Positions 1 through 9,102 of a stretch of DNA of 64,000 bases are shown in pieces (the stretch's first letter is position 1; each line of letters begins with the position of its first letter). The notes beneath the pieces are model-generated. The model saw only the letters and a list, made by a program, of their open reading frames with translations, did not search any database and was not told where the DNA came from. A program made the position numbers and the translations under genes. The stretch is from an uncultured Chlamydiales bacterium (GTDB taxonomy: Bacteria; Chlamydiota; Chlamydiia; Chlamydiales; Rhabdochlamydiaceae), in the NCBI GenBank assembly GCA_963700985.1, contig OY969554.1, positions 1,248,001 through 1,312,000 on the forward strand, read 5' to 3'.

Positions 1-279
1 ATAACAGAAGAGGATCTGCTCTTCTTTGAGCATGGGGAATTCACTTTTCTGAAGTTCTTTAACTTTGATTACCATATCAGCATCAAAGATCTCTTTTGCA
101 CTAGGCACAATCTTGGCCCCAGCTTGTTTATACATCTCATCAGTAAAACCAATGGCGACGCCAGCTTGTGTTTGCACGCGCACTTCATGGCCTGCTGCGA
201 TCAGCAGTTTAACAGTTTCTGGAGTTGCTCCTACGCGATACTCGTGGTCTTTAATCTCTTTTGGAATACCAATGATCAT
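1..279 (-). CDS. ald: Alanine dehydrogenase, N-terminal part (runs off the window)
   Basis: Not in the ORF track. Manual translation gives MIIGIPKEIKDHEYRVGATPETV...MVIKVKE, a typical AlaDH N-terminus. It has a GGAG RBS and an ATGA overlap with the dapF stop. Confidence 0.88.
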   Translation of the reverse strand, partial: MIIGIPKEIKDHEYRVGATPETVKLLIAAGHEVRVQTQAGVAIGFTDEMYKQAGAKIVPSAKEIFDADMVIKVKELQKSEFPMLKEEQILFCY

Positions 280-1094
280 CTTGTTTCTCCTTCTAAAACC
301 AAATTTCCCGTAAAGCTTAATACAGCTGGCCCCTTGAGCACCATTCCTTTTTCAGTTCTCTCTGTTTCAAAAATAGTATTTGAGCGAGTAACGACTCGAA
401 TTCGTCCGAATAGCGGAAACTTTTCAGGTGCTGCAAAAGCAGCAGCTACCGCTGCAGTTCCGCACGCCTGCGTCTCATTTTCTACGCCGCGCTCGTAAGT
501 ACGCACCAACAATAAATTTTCGTGTAATACGGGTTGAACAAATGTCACATTGGCACCTTCAGGAGAAAAGTGCGGATGGAATCGCACCACTTTTCCCAAA
601 GAAAAAACCGGCTCTTCATCGATATTCTGGGTGAAAATTAATGCATGCGGCACACCGCTGTCGACCAGGTCTAAAGATCTTCCTTCGAGAGAAATCGCTC
701 GTTCGATAAAGCGGGGCGTAGGATGTAAGACTGCAACTTGATCTTGATATGCGTGGCAAGAGAGAATTGATGCAGCTGTTTCAATTAACGCTTCGTTTTG
801 AATCACATTTAAACTTTGCGCAAAGCGAAAGAGGCAGCGGATTCCATTCCCGCACATGGCAGCTTCACTCCCATCCGCATTGAAAATACGCATGCGAAGA
901 TCGGCACGCTGAGAAGCTTGAAGTAAAATAAGGCCGTCGGCACCTATTGCGTGGTGCCGATGGCATAAACGTTGGATGAGGGCAATATTATCTAACGGAA
1001 AATGATTTTTCCTATCGTCGATAAGAATAAAATCATTTCCCGCTCCATGATACTTGGAGAAAGGAATACCCAAAAGAACACCCGAGGCTGTCAA
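276..1094 (-). CDS. dapF: Diaminopimelate epimerase
   Basis: KYHGAGNDF, NADGSEAAMCGNGIRC, GVPH and ERGVENETQACGT motifs. The start is uncertain: the ORF extends to 1163 inside clpP, and TTG at 1094 was chosen. Confidence 0.95.
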   Translation of the reverse strand: MTASGVLLGIPFSKYHGAGNDFILIDDRKNHFPLDNIALIQRLCHRHHAIGADGLILLQASQRADLRMRIFNADGSEAAMCGNGIRCLFRFAQSLNVIQNEALIETAASILSCHAYQDQVAVLHPTPRFIERAISLEGRSLDLVDSGVPHALIFTQNIDEEPVFSLGKVVRFHPHFSPEGANVTFVQPVLHENLLLVRTYERGVENETQACGTAAVAAAFAAPEKFPLFGRIRVVTRSNTIFETERTEKGMVLKGPAVLSFTGNLVLEGETR

Positions 1095-1095
1095 C

Positions 1096-1704
1096 TTATG
1101 CGAGTTCCTTATAAGAGCCAACAATCTTATCGAGAAGGCCGAATTTGAGCGCTTCATCAGCACTCATCCAGGTATCGCGATCGATGGCTTTTTCAACAGT
1201 CTTGGCATCCTTGCCGGTAGCTTCTACATAGACTTCGACAATCGCTGCACGAGTTTTCAGCAACTCCTTAGCTTGGATATCTAAATCTGTTGCCTGGCCT
1301 CTGATCACACCACCAATTGAGGGCTGGTGAATCATGATGCGCGAATTACGCGTTGCAAAGCGTCTTCCCGGTGCGGCACAAAGACTTAAAATCGATCCCA
1401 TCGAGGCGGCAAGGCCTGTCACCAAAGTTGTGACGGGCGAGGTGATCATTTTTACTTGATCCCAGACTGCAAAGCCCGCATCGACTGACCCACCTGGTGA
1501 GTTAATCACCAAAAGGATGGGCTTACCTGGATCGGTTAATTCTAGATACCAGAGTTTGCGAATCGCATGCTTGGCGCTGCGTTCATCTACGGCTTCGCAG
1601 AAAAAAATACGGCGAGCCTTGAGAAGCTCCTCATCGATTTTATCATCGACAGAGGATGACTTTTTCTGATGGGTAAATTCTGGATCTTCGTTGTTCCTTG
1701 GCAT
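1096..1704 (-). CDS. clpP: ATP-dependent Clp protease proteolytic subunit
   Basis: [23 protein letters not shown] and [18 protein letters not shown] motifs. Confidence 0.97.
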   Translation of the reverse strand: MPRNNEDPEFTHQKKSSSVDDKIDEELLKARRIFFCEAVDERSAKHAIRKLWYLELTDPGKPILLVINSPGGSVDAGFAVWDQVKMITSPVTTLVTGLAASMGSILSLCAAPGRRFATRNSRIMIHQPSIGGVIRGQATDLDIQAKELLKTRAAIVEVYVEATGKDAKTVEKAIDRDTWMSADEALKFGLLDKIVGSYKELA

Positions 1705-1758
1705 GATGCTAACCTCGCATTGGTGAAGTTAAATTGTTTAAGTGATTCTTCTTCCACT

Positions 1759-3240
1759 CTACTCAATGATAAGTTCAGGGTAAAGAGGAAAGCGGCTGAG
1801 CAAGCCGGCTGCTTGCTTTTGTAGCGCGGAAAGCACCTGAGGGTCGATCTTTACTTTTGCCCGGCTCATCCCATCTCCTTTTTCGGCAGGGGCAGGTTTA
1901 GTAGCTTTTAGAAGAGAGACGAGCATTTCAGCTATCTCTTTCATCTCGTTTTCTTTCATTCCAAGGGTGGTAAGGGCTGGCGAGCCGATCCGCACACCTG
2001 AAGTATACCAGGCTCCTTGAGTATCAAAGGGAATAGCATTACGATTAACCGTAAAATGCGCCTCGCGTAGCGCTAGCTCCGCCTGCCTGCCCGTCAAGCC
2101 AAAGCTTGAATAAACATCGAAGACTAGAAGATGGTTGTCTGTACCACCCGTGGTAACTTTTATTCCCTTAGATACGAGGTGGGTAGCTAAAGCATGAGCG
2201 TTTTTAACCACCTGCTGCGCATAGTGTTGAAAGGAAGAGGTGTTAGCCTCCTTAAATGCCACGGCTTTAGCTGCCATCACATTGGGAAGAGGACCTCCTA
2301 AAACAATCGGACACCCCTTATCGATCACTTCACGATATTCTTCCTTGCAAAGGACTAAGCCTCCTCGAGGACCGCGCAAAGTTTTATGGGTAGTTGAGGT
2401 AACCACATGCGCAAACGGAATGGGATCAAAGTTGCCTTTCATCACCTTTCCAGCCACAAGACCTGCAAAGTGGGCCATATCAACTAGCAGAGTTGCACCC
2501 ACGTTATCGGCAATCTCGCGCATTTTAGCAAAATCGATAAGGCGGGGATAGGCGGAGTAGCCCACCACTAAAATGGCTGGCTTTTCGCGTTTTACCTGAG
2601 TGAGAAGAGCCGCATAATCAATCAGACCTGTATCTGGGTTTACATCGTAAGAGACTGACTGCATCATCTTAGCCGAGACATTATGTCTGTAACCATGGGT
2701 TAGATGGCCCCCAGAGTTGAGCGAAAGCCCCATCATTTTCTGACCCACAAGCAGCTGTCTTACGCGCTCATACTCTTCAGGAGAGAGCTCATCAATACTC
2801 TTTTTCCCTAAAGCTGCCACCTCTTTATTTTGGACGCGCTGGATCAAAATAGCCCAGTAGGCCACCAGGTTTGCATCCGCTCCCGAATGAGGCTGCACAT
2901 ATGCATGGTCGCAGCCGAATAACTTCTTGGCTTCGGCAATAGCGGCGCCTTCAATCGCATCTATATTATCACACCCAGCATAGAAGCGATGCTGAGGATA
3001 GCCTTCAGCATACTTATCCGTGAGCAGGTTGCCCATAGAGAGCTGAACTGCATAAGAGGAGTAGTTCTCTGAGGCGATCATCTTTAAATAGGAGCGCTGA
3101 TCTTTCAGCTCTTGGACGATCTTCTCAGCAATCAGAGGAAATTCACCTTTAATCACATCGAGAGACGCCATATAAGCGATAGCTGCTGGAACTCGCTTTT
3201 CTTGGGGTATTTTATGATAATATTTTTCCAGAAATGACAT
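1759..3240 (-). CDS. glyA: Serine hydroxymethyltransferase (long chlamydial type)
   Basis: MIASENY, KYAEGYP, VQPHSGADAN, GGHLTHG and TTHKTLRGPRGG motifs. Confidence 0.97.
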   Translation of the reverse strand: MSFLEKYYHKIPQEKRVPAAIAYMASLDVIKGEFPLIAEKIVQELKDQRSYLKMIASENYSSYAVQLSMGNLLTDKYAEGYPQHRFYAGCDNIDAIEGAAIAEAKKLFGCDHAYVQPHSGADANLVAYWAILIQRVQNKEVAALGKKSIDELSPEEYERVRQLLVGQKMMGLSLNSGGHLTHGYRHNVSAKMMQSVSYDVNPDTGLIDYAALLTQVKREKPAILVVGYSAYPRLIDFAKMREIADNVGATLLVDMAHFAGLVAGKVMKGNFDPIPFAHVVTSTTHKTLRGPRGGLVLCKEEYREVIDKGCPIVLGGPLPNVMAAKAVAFKEANTSSFQHYAQQVVKNAHALATHLVSKGIKVTTGGTDNHLLVFDVYSSFGLTGRQAELALREAHFTVNRNAIPFDTQGAWYTSGVRIGSPALTTLGMKENEMKEIAEMLVSLLKATKPAPAEKGDGMSRAKVKIDPQVLSALQKQAAGLLSRFPLYPELIIE

Positions 3241-3348
3241 GCGACCCTCCCTTTCTTAAGCTGCGGATTGTGGCAAAAAACAGGAAATGTGGGAAGCTAA
3301 AGCTGATTTTTACAAAATTCCTTCAAGATCATTCGAGGAGATAAAATA

Positions 3349-3483
3349 ACAGGATATGCAGGATCGCCGCAAAAATAGAGCATGGGGCGGCAGGATGGAG
3401 GAGGATAGAAAAGAAAACTATTCTCTCTTAAATCTTGCCTATCCTGCGCCCCCTGGATTAGGGGGCGATCCTGCCTATCCTGT
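3349..3483. repeat. Intergenic palindromic element with CAGGAT-rich terminal inverted repeats
   Basis: ACAGGATATGCAGGATCGCC (3349-3368) and GGCGATCCTGCCTATCCTGT (3464-3483) match 19/20 as inverted repeats. An internal GC hairpin lies at 3447-3467, and ATC(T/C)TGCCTATCCTG occurs twice. Confidence 0.75.
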
Positions 3484-3507
3484 GACAAGCTTATTAGGAC
3501 GGGCTAC

Positions 3508-3822
3508 TTAGGCGACGTGGGCAAAACGCGGTGTATACTGCACTGTCTTACAAGCCATTAGACGATGATTTTCACCTTCTTCATAAGACTGATCGTTAAC
3601 CAGCACTTTGAATTCGCACTCTTTAATTGGGAAATCAGTTTCCCAAACCCAAGTATCGGCGCCCATATTTTTCATCAGTTTGCCTTTTTCCCAGCTTAAA
3701 CCGCCGCCGCTTCCGCGAATGTATAAAGCATTTTTGAAACCTACGTCAATTTTAACCACAACTTTTGTACAACACTGCTTGGAAGAGGATTCTTTACCAA
3801 TATGGTGCTTCTTCATATGCAT
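3508..3822 (-). CDS. Small stand-alone CBM20-like carbohydrate-binding domain protein
   Basis: The pattern DVGFKNALYIRGS..LSWEKG..M...TWVW...EFKVLVND...EEGENH resembles CBM20. Confidence 0.6.
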   Translation of the reverse strand: MHMKKHHIGKESSSKQCCTKVVVKIDVGFKNALYIRGSGGGLSWEKGKLMKNMGADTWVWETDFPIKECEFKVLVNDQSYEEGENHRLMACKTVQYTPRFAHVA

Positions 3823-3979
3823 TTCTCCTTCACTTAGGTGGAACTAACTTCATTCTGCATACTTTACCCAAGAGTTGTCAAATAAAAATTTAACACCTGC
3901 CACCTCTTTTCTCTTGAGCATTATTGGTATTAATCGATAATGTACTCTTGCTAAAAAAACTTACCATCAAGAGAGAAAA

Positions 3980-4747
3980 ATGCAAGAGCGGCTTCGTCCA
4001 ATCCTGGACATTCAAGAACTAGACATGAAAATGATCCGCCTCATGCGCGTCAAGAAAGAGCGCCAGAAGGAGCTGCAGCAGATCGAACTCATCCGTCAAG
4101 AGCTCAATCAACAGCTGTCTGAAAAAGAGCGCGAGGTCACAGAGCTCAATAAAACGATTCAATCTTTTGAACAGAAGATTCAAGACACATCTGCAAAAGT
4201 TAAAAAGCTTGAGACTCAACAGAATAACATCAAAAAAGTCGATGAGTTCAATGCTCTCACTCAAGAGATGACAGCTGCTGAAAGAGAGCGCATTGCCCTT
4301 GAGCAGAAAGTCTCTGATATTGTCGATAAAAAGAATGCTGAAGAAGAGCTCTTCGAAAAAATCAAAGATAGCTTAAAGACCTCCGAAGAGAGCAGCAATG
4401 CTTTATCAAGAGAGATTGAAGCTAGCATCAAGTTAATCAATGAAGAAGGTCAAAGCCTGAAAGTACAGCGCGAAGCGCTTGCAGCTAAGGCGGATCCTGA
4501 AACTCTGCAGATCTACGAAAGATTGCTGCGCAATAAAAAAGATCGCGTTCTTGTAGCGATTGAAAATCGCACATGCAGCGGCTGCCATATTGTTCTGACT
4601 GCCCAGCACGAGAACCTCGTCCGAAAAGGCGAAAACCTCGTCTTTTGTGAGCACTGCTCACGCATTCACTACTGGCAAGAGAGCGAAGCACTCGAAGGTA
4701 CTGCTGTGGCAACTAAGCGCCGCCGTCGCCGTATGGCCAGCACCTAA
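3980..4747 (+). CDS. cdsZ: Coiled-coil plus C4 zinc-ribbon protein (CT398/CdsZ-like)
   Basis: Long coiled coil followed by CSGCH...FCEHCSRI. It sits next to rnpB, as in Chlamydia. Confidence 0.88.
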   Translation: MQERLRPILDIQELDMKMIRLMRVKKERQKELQQIELIRQELNQQLSEKEREVTELNKTIQSFEQKIQDTSAKVKKLETQQNNIKKVDEFNALTQEMTAAERERIALEQKVSDIVDKKNAEEELFEKIKDSLKTSEESSNALSREIEASIKLINEEGQSLKVQREALAAKADPETLQIYERLLRNKKDRVLVAIENRTCSGCHIVLTAQHENLVRKGENLVFCEHCSRIHYWQESEALEGTAVATKRRRRRMAST

Positions 4748-4754
4748 AGTTTTT

Positions 4755-5116
4755 GGGAAGGCAAAGCAATCGCCTCGGTTACCGAGGAGGAAAGTCCGGA
4801 CTTCGCAGGAGAAGATACCAGTGAAACACTGGGGGCTGTAAAGCCACGGAAAGTGTAACAGAAAATACACCGCTACCATTAAGGGCAACTTTAATGATAG
4901 ACAGGCTGAAAATGCTGGCTTTATGAGCCGGCCACACCTGCAGCGATGCAGGGTGCTGTAAACCCTATCTGAAGCAAGACGAATTATGGGCCACTACTGC
5001 TCTCCGCAGGGTCCAAGATACCAAGTCGCTTGAGGATCATGGCAACAGGATCCCTAGATGAATGATTGCTCGTTGCCCGCAAGGGCCACCGACAAAATCC
5101 GGCTTAACGCCTTCCC
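4755..5116 (+). ncRNA. rnpB: RNase P RNA (type A)
   Basis: GAGGAAAGTCCGGAC, GGAAAGTGTAACAGA and ACAAAATCCGGCTTA conserved blocks; P1 helix GGGAAGG/CCTTCCC. Confidence 0.97.
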
Positions 5117-5150
5117 TATTTTTAAAGAGCCATTAGCTCAAAAAGCTCAT

Positions 5151-6374
5151 ATGACCCTATTGAGACTTGTTACTCTCCTCTTCTTTTTCTCTACCTCCGC
5201 TCTAAGCGCCGAAGTTTTAGATTCATATGCGCAAGGTTACCTCGAAGAATGTGGGGGCCAGCGGATTTTACATCTTAAAGGATCTGCTCATGAGCGAGGT
5301 GTTCAGCATGGCAAGCTCCTCAAAGAGTTAATCCAGCAAAATGTCTCCACTTTTCTTGAAGGCAAAAGATCGGCCCTTCTCACTCAACGAGGCATCCATT
5401 TCCAAGAAAATTTACCCAACATCCTCAAGCATATCCCCAAACACCTCTGGGAAGAGATGGAAGGCCTGGCAGAAGGCGCAGAGATTCCTTTTGAAAAGAT
5501 CCTTCTTTTGAACCTCTTTCCTGAAATGTTCCATTGCAGCGCTATTGTTGCAAGTGGAGATGCTACTCGAGACGGAGAGCTCTACCATGTACGCGTGCTC
5601 GACTATGCAATAGGAAAGGGACTGAGAAAAAGTGCTGTGCTTCAAGTAGTGGAACCAGATAGTGGCTATGCTTTTTTAAACGTCGGCTACGCTGGATTTA
5701 TCGGCTCTGTCACAGGGATGAATACTCAAAAGATCGCAGTTGGCGAGATCGGTGGCCACGGATATGGCGCTTGGGATGGAATCCCGATGGCCTTTTTAAT
5801 GCGTATGATCTTGGAAGGCACCTCCACCCTCAACGAGGCAAAAGAACTCTTAATGCACGCCCCACGCACCTGTGAATATTTCTATATTCTATCCGATGGC
5901 AAAGACAGCTCATCGATTGGAGTCTATGCCACGCCCGAACAGATTCAGTTCATCGAACCCGGCACAACGTGCGCGCTGCTTGGAATTGATAAGAAAGTGG
6001 GCGTAGATTGTGTGGGCGGCTGCCAAATCAAACAGATGCCTTATCAGACTATACTCTATCGCCCCGATAACTCTATCGCAGGGCTCTTGCAACACCAGCC
6101 AAAAAAATGTTTGCTGCTCACAGGTCTAACACATCCTGAACGCTATCCCGTACTCGCTGAACGCCTCGTGCAAAATTTCGGATCGATCGACGAGAAGGTT
6201 CTCCAAGAGATCATCCAAGGAGAAGGTGGCAAACTCTCAAATCTGCATAATGCAATCTTCTTGCCCACCCAGCTTAAAATCTGGATCGCGCATGCAGGGC
6301 AAAATGACGAGCCTGCTTATACACAACCCTACACTGAGTTTTCTCTGAATGAATTGATCTTACAAAAACCTTGA
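5151..6374 (+). CDS. Secreted Ntn-hydrolase (peptidase C45/acid ceramidase-like)
   Basis: Signal peptide from ATG 5151 (the upstream start overlaps rnpB). Motifs: ERGVQHG, EEMEGLAEG, FHCSA nucleophile, YHVRVLDY, GSVTGMN. Confidence 0.75.
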   Translation: MTLLRLVTLLFFFSTSALSAEVLDSYAQGYLEECGGQRILHLKGSAHERGVQHGKLLKELIQQNVSTFLEGKRSALLTQRGIHFQENLPNILKHIPKHLWEEMEGLAEGAEIPFEKILLLNLFPEMFHCSAIVASGDATRDGELYHVRVLDYAIGKGLRKSAVLQVVEPDSGYAFLNVGYAGFIGSVTGMNTQKIAVGEIGGHGYGAWDGIPMAFLMRMILEGTSTLNEAKELLMHAPRTCEYFYILSDGKDSSSIGVYATPEQIQFIEPGTTCALLGIDKKVGVDCVGGCQIKQMPYQTILYRPDNSIAGLLQHQPKKCLLLTGLTHPERYPVLAERLVQNFGSIDEKVLQEIIQGEGGKLSNLHNAIFLPTQLKIWIAHAGQNDEPAYTQPYTEFSLNELILQKP

Positions 6375-6400
6375 TTCTGTAATCCTTACGACGGCGAAAA

Positions 6401-7585
6401 ATGAGTTCCGTTTCACCTGTCTTTATTCCGTTTAATACTGCCCCTATCCTATTTACTCGGCAGTGTGATTATTCATCGCAACTGCCACAGGTGTGTCGTT
6501 CTTGGAGGATAACAATTAATGCTGTCCTTGAACATGACTTAAAGCACCTCGAAGAACCCGAGTTTCAGCCATATATTACGAACGCTTTTGAAGCTTTAAA
6601 TACTGCTCGAGATAATTACTTCTGCGTATTCAGGCGCTTATACCAACTGCTCGCGCAAGATCTAAAACTTCTTACACCTAGATATGCAGCCACTCTTCGT
6701 GAGAGATTTCATGGATGTCTATCTGTGATGAGATTTCTGAGTATGGGAAAAGAGATCTTCCACTTACAAAGAGTTCAACAAATCTGGCAAAGGGTTGGGC
6801 AGCAATACCCACATCCTTTTACCATTCTTCCGCAGGATATTACACAGCCTCTTGAGATGAACTTTTGCCTACTCCGGAAAAAAAACATAGCGCATTTTTC
6901 GAGAGTCACTCACTTAGATTTAAGCGTGTTAAATCTCTCAAAACTTCCGAAATCTTTGTCTAATTTTGTGGGAATTGAAACGCTCGATCTTTCCCATAAC
7001 AAACTCACAAGACTTCCCAATTGGCTCAAAGATTTAAAAAAATTGAGGATGCTCAAAATATCTGGGAATCCCTTTCCTGAAAAAGATCGTATGAGAATAG
7101 TAGAAAAACTAGCTCTGCTGATGAAACAAAACTTACTCACAGTTGTAACTTCTGATGCAAGCCTTAATATACAGCTTGGAATGGTAAGTGATCACATTCA
7201 GGCTCTTTTTGCTATATGGGGCCGAGTTGAAGTTCAACTCTTTAAAAAGCCGCTCAAGCTCACTACTCCAATAGAGATCGAAGAAACTCTAATAAATTTA
7301 CCCCCTTCTCTTTGTGATCAAGTCACAGAACTTAGTGTAAGAAATGCCAATTTAAATGATTTCCCAAACATATTTACTCGTCTGCGAAAGTTAAAAACAC
7401 TCGATCTTTCTGGCAACCGATTTACCAACCTTCCCGAGGCGATTCTTTCATTTAAGAAGTTGAGCTTTCTCAATCTGAAAAAAAACCCAATTCCTCCTGC
7501 AACCCAACGGCTCATCACAAAAAAAATAGAAGCTCTACCCAACTTTAAAGCCGTCGATCAAGCTTCTAACTGTGTAATTATGTAG
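6401..7585 (+). CDS. Leucine-rich repeat protein with F-box-like N-terminus and C-terminal CaaX (CVIM)
   Basis: LxxLDLSxNxLxxLP repeats in two blocks, VCRSWR near the N-terminus, ends NCVIM. Confidence 0.85.
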   Translation: MSSVSPVFIPFNTAPILFTRQCDYSSQLPQVCRSWRITINAVLEHDLKHLEEPEFQPYITNAFEALNTARDNYFCVFRRLYQLLAQDLKLLTPRYAATLRERFHGCLSVMRFLSMGKEIFHLQRVQQIWQRVGQQYPHPFTILPQDITQPLEMNFCLLRKKNIAHFSRVTHLDLSVLNLSKLPKSLSNFVGIETLDLSHNKLTRLPNWLKDLKKLRMLKISGNPFPEKDRMRIVEKLALLMKQNLLTVVTSDASLNIQLGMVSDHIQALFAIWGRVEVQLFKKPLKLTTPIEIEETLINLPPSLCDQVTELSVRNANLNDFPNIFTRLRKLKTLDLSGNRFTNLPEAILSFKKLSFLNLKKNPIPPATQRLITKKIEALPNFKAVDQASNCVIM

Positions 7586-7590
7586 ACTGA

Positions 7591-7637
7591 ATTTTTATAG
7601 ATTTTTTATAAACCCCTTATATTTTTATAGATTTTTT
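7591..7637. repeat. 17-bp direct repeat ATTTTTATAGATTTTTT x2
   Basis: Copies at 7591-7607 and 7621-7637, between the two LRR paralogs. Confidence 0.7.
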
Positions 7638-8904
7638 GAAGATGACTTCAAAAGTTTTACTATCCGGATCTATAACGCCCTATATATTGCATTTCGCTTT
7701 AGACAACGCCTACGTCTCCAGCGTGTGTAAGCCTTGGTGGATTGCGTTAAATAGAATTCTCAAACAAAACATTGAAAATCTAAGTAAACAGCTCAGCCCC
7801 TTCTATGCTAGAGCTTTTGAACTTCTCGACAAGGATCATCCAAATTACTATCTGGTTTTTGCACGGCTTAATGTTCTTCTTTTGGCCCGCCTAAAACCAC
7901 TGGATCTTGAAAGAAGTGTCACTCGTTCTATTAAGCATGATTTTCACGGCTCGTTTTCTACACAAAGGTTTCTAAGAACACATCAAGAAATCGGCTTGTT
8001 AGAGGAAGCGGCTAAAAAAATCGGAGGCAGAATCGAGAGGCGATCTTACTTGAATTGCGGGCTCTCAACACCGCACGAATTTCTCGAGCTTCTATATCAC
8101 GACAACCATGCATGGCGGCGCAAACACATATTGAGTTTGGATTTGCAAAGGTTGGATCTAAAAATATTGCCTCCACTTCGTTTCTTAAATCTCGTGGCTT
8201 TAGATCTCTCACATAATAAGTTAACGAAGCTGCCTGATGCTATTAGACATAGCGCAAACCTTCAAATTTTAAACCTTTCATATAATGATCTAACAAAACT
8301 GCCCGATGCACTTGGCCATCTTGAAGACTTAAAACACCTCAATATTGAAGGAAACCCCTTCCCGAAAGAGACATTCCCTGCGATAGCAAGGCAAATAGCT
8401 GATCTTACGTACTTGGAAACGCTGGAAACGGAATATACTAAGGAAGGGGAACTACTTGATCAGGTTGTGCTAGAAAAAAAATATGGGCGTGCTTTGTTCA
8501 CGATCTGGAAACAACTCCGCACTGTAGCTTCTCTTCCAGATCTTTTTAAACCTTCTCATCTCCGTACTGCTCTCACAGGAAACAACCCTGTATTTGAACA
8601 ACTAATTGTCCTTTCTCTAAAAAACCATGGCTTAGAGGAATTGCCTGCCGAGCTTTCTTGCTTTTGCAACCTAGAGGTATTAGATCTATCCTCAAACCGA
8701 TTTACAGATCTTCCTGATGCCGTTCTCACGCTCAAAAGATTGCAAAAAATCGACCTGAGCAAAAATCTCTTCGAGCCTGCTATTTTTTATAGTATTCTGC
8801 AGAGACTAAAAACATTGCCCCAGCTTAAAAAAGTCTATTACGGCGACATCACATACACCTTTAGAAATGGCGAGCTGTCAACAGGTTGCTGCGTAATTCT
8901 GTAA
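7636..8904 (+). CDS. Leucine-rich repeat protein with F-box-like N-terminus and C-terminal CaaX (CCVIL)
   Basis: LRR repeats, VCKPWW motif, ends GCCVIL. It is a paralog of 6401..7585. Confidence 0.85.
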   Translation: MKMTSKVLLSGSITPYILHFALDNAYVSSVCKPWWIALNRILKQNIENLSKQLSPFYARAFELLDKDHPNYYLVFARLNVLLLARLKPLDLERSVTRSIKHDFHGSFSTQRFLRTHQEIGLLEEAAKKIGGRIERRSYLNCGLSTPHEFLELLYHDNHAWRRKHILSLDLQRLDLKILPPLRFLNLVALDLSHNKLTKLPDAIRHSANLQILNLSYNDLTKLPDALGHLEDLKHLNIEGNPFPKETFPAIARQIADLTYLETLETEYTKEGELLDQVVLEKKYGRALFTIWKQLRTVASLPDLFKPSHLRTALTGNNPVFEQLIVLSLKNHGLEELPAELSCFCNLEVLDLSSNRFTDLPDAVLTLKRLQKIDLSKNLFEPAIFYSILQRLKTLPQLKKVYYGDITYTFRNGELSTGCCVIL

Positions 8905-9090
8905 TAGACCTCTTGCGTAATTCGCTTTGTCCGAAAAAATCGAAGATTTTTTCTCTGGTTTTTAGAGCCAGCTTGCTGGCTCGTGTCGCATTGACGAGGC
9001 GACCCCAAATTGGGTCGATGAGGAGATGCGATAAAAACCAGAGGAAAAAGGGTGGTTTTAGCGGGCAAATGGAATTACGCAAGAGGTCTA
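8905..9090. mobile_element. RPE-like/MITE-like palindromic element (186 bp)
   Basis: Perfect 19-bp terminal inverted repeats TAGACCTCTTGCGTAATTC/GAATTACGCAAGAGGTCTA, with nested internal stems. Confidence 0.8.
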
Positions 9091-9102
9091 ATAGAAAAAA
9101 GA

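Noticed and set aside
65-741. Plus-strand short ORFs (and similar shadow ORFs throughout the track)
   Set aside because: They lie antisense to or out of frame within well-supported genes and have no recognisable motifs.
3297-3488. 63-aa ORF with QDRQD repeats
   Set aside because: It is a translation of the palindromic CAGGAT element, not a credible gene.
5058-5150. N-terminal extension of the C45 ORF
   Set aside because: It overlaps the 3' end of rnpB; the signal peptide begins at ATG 5151.
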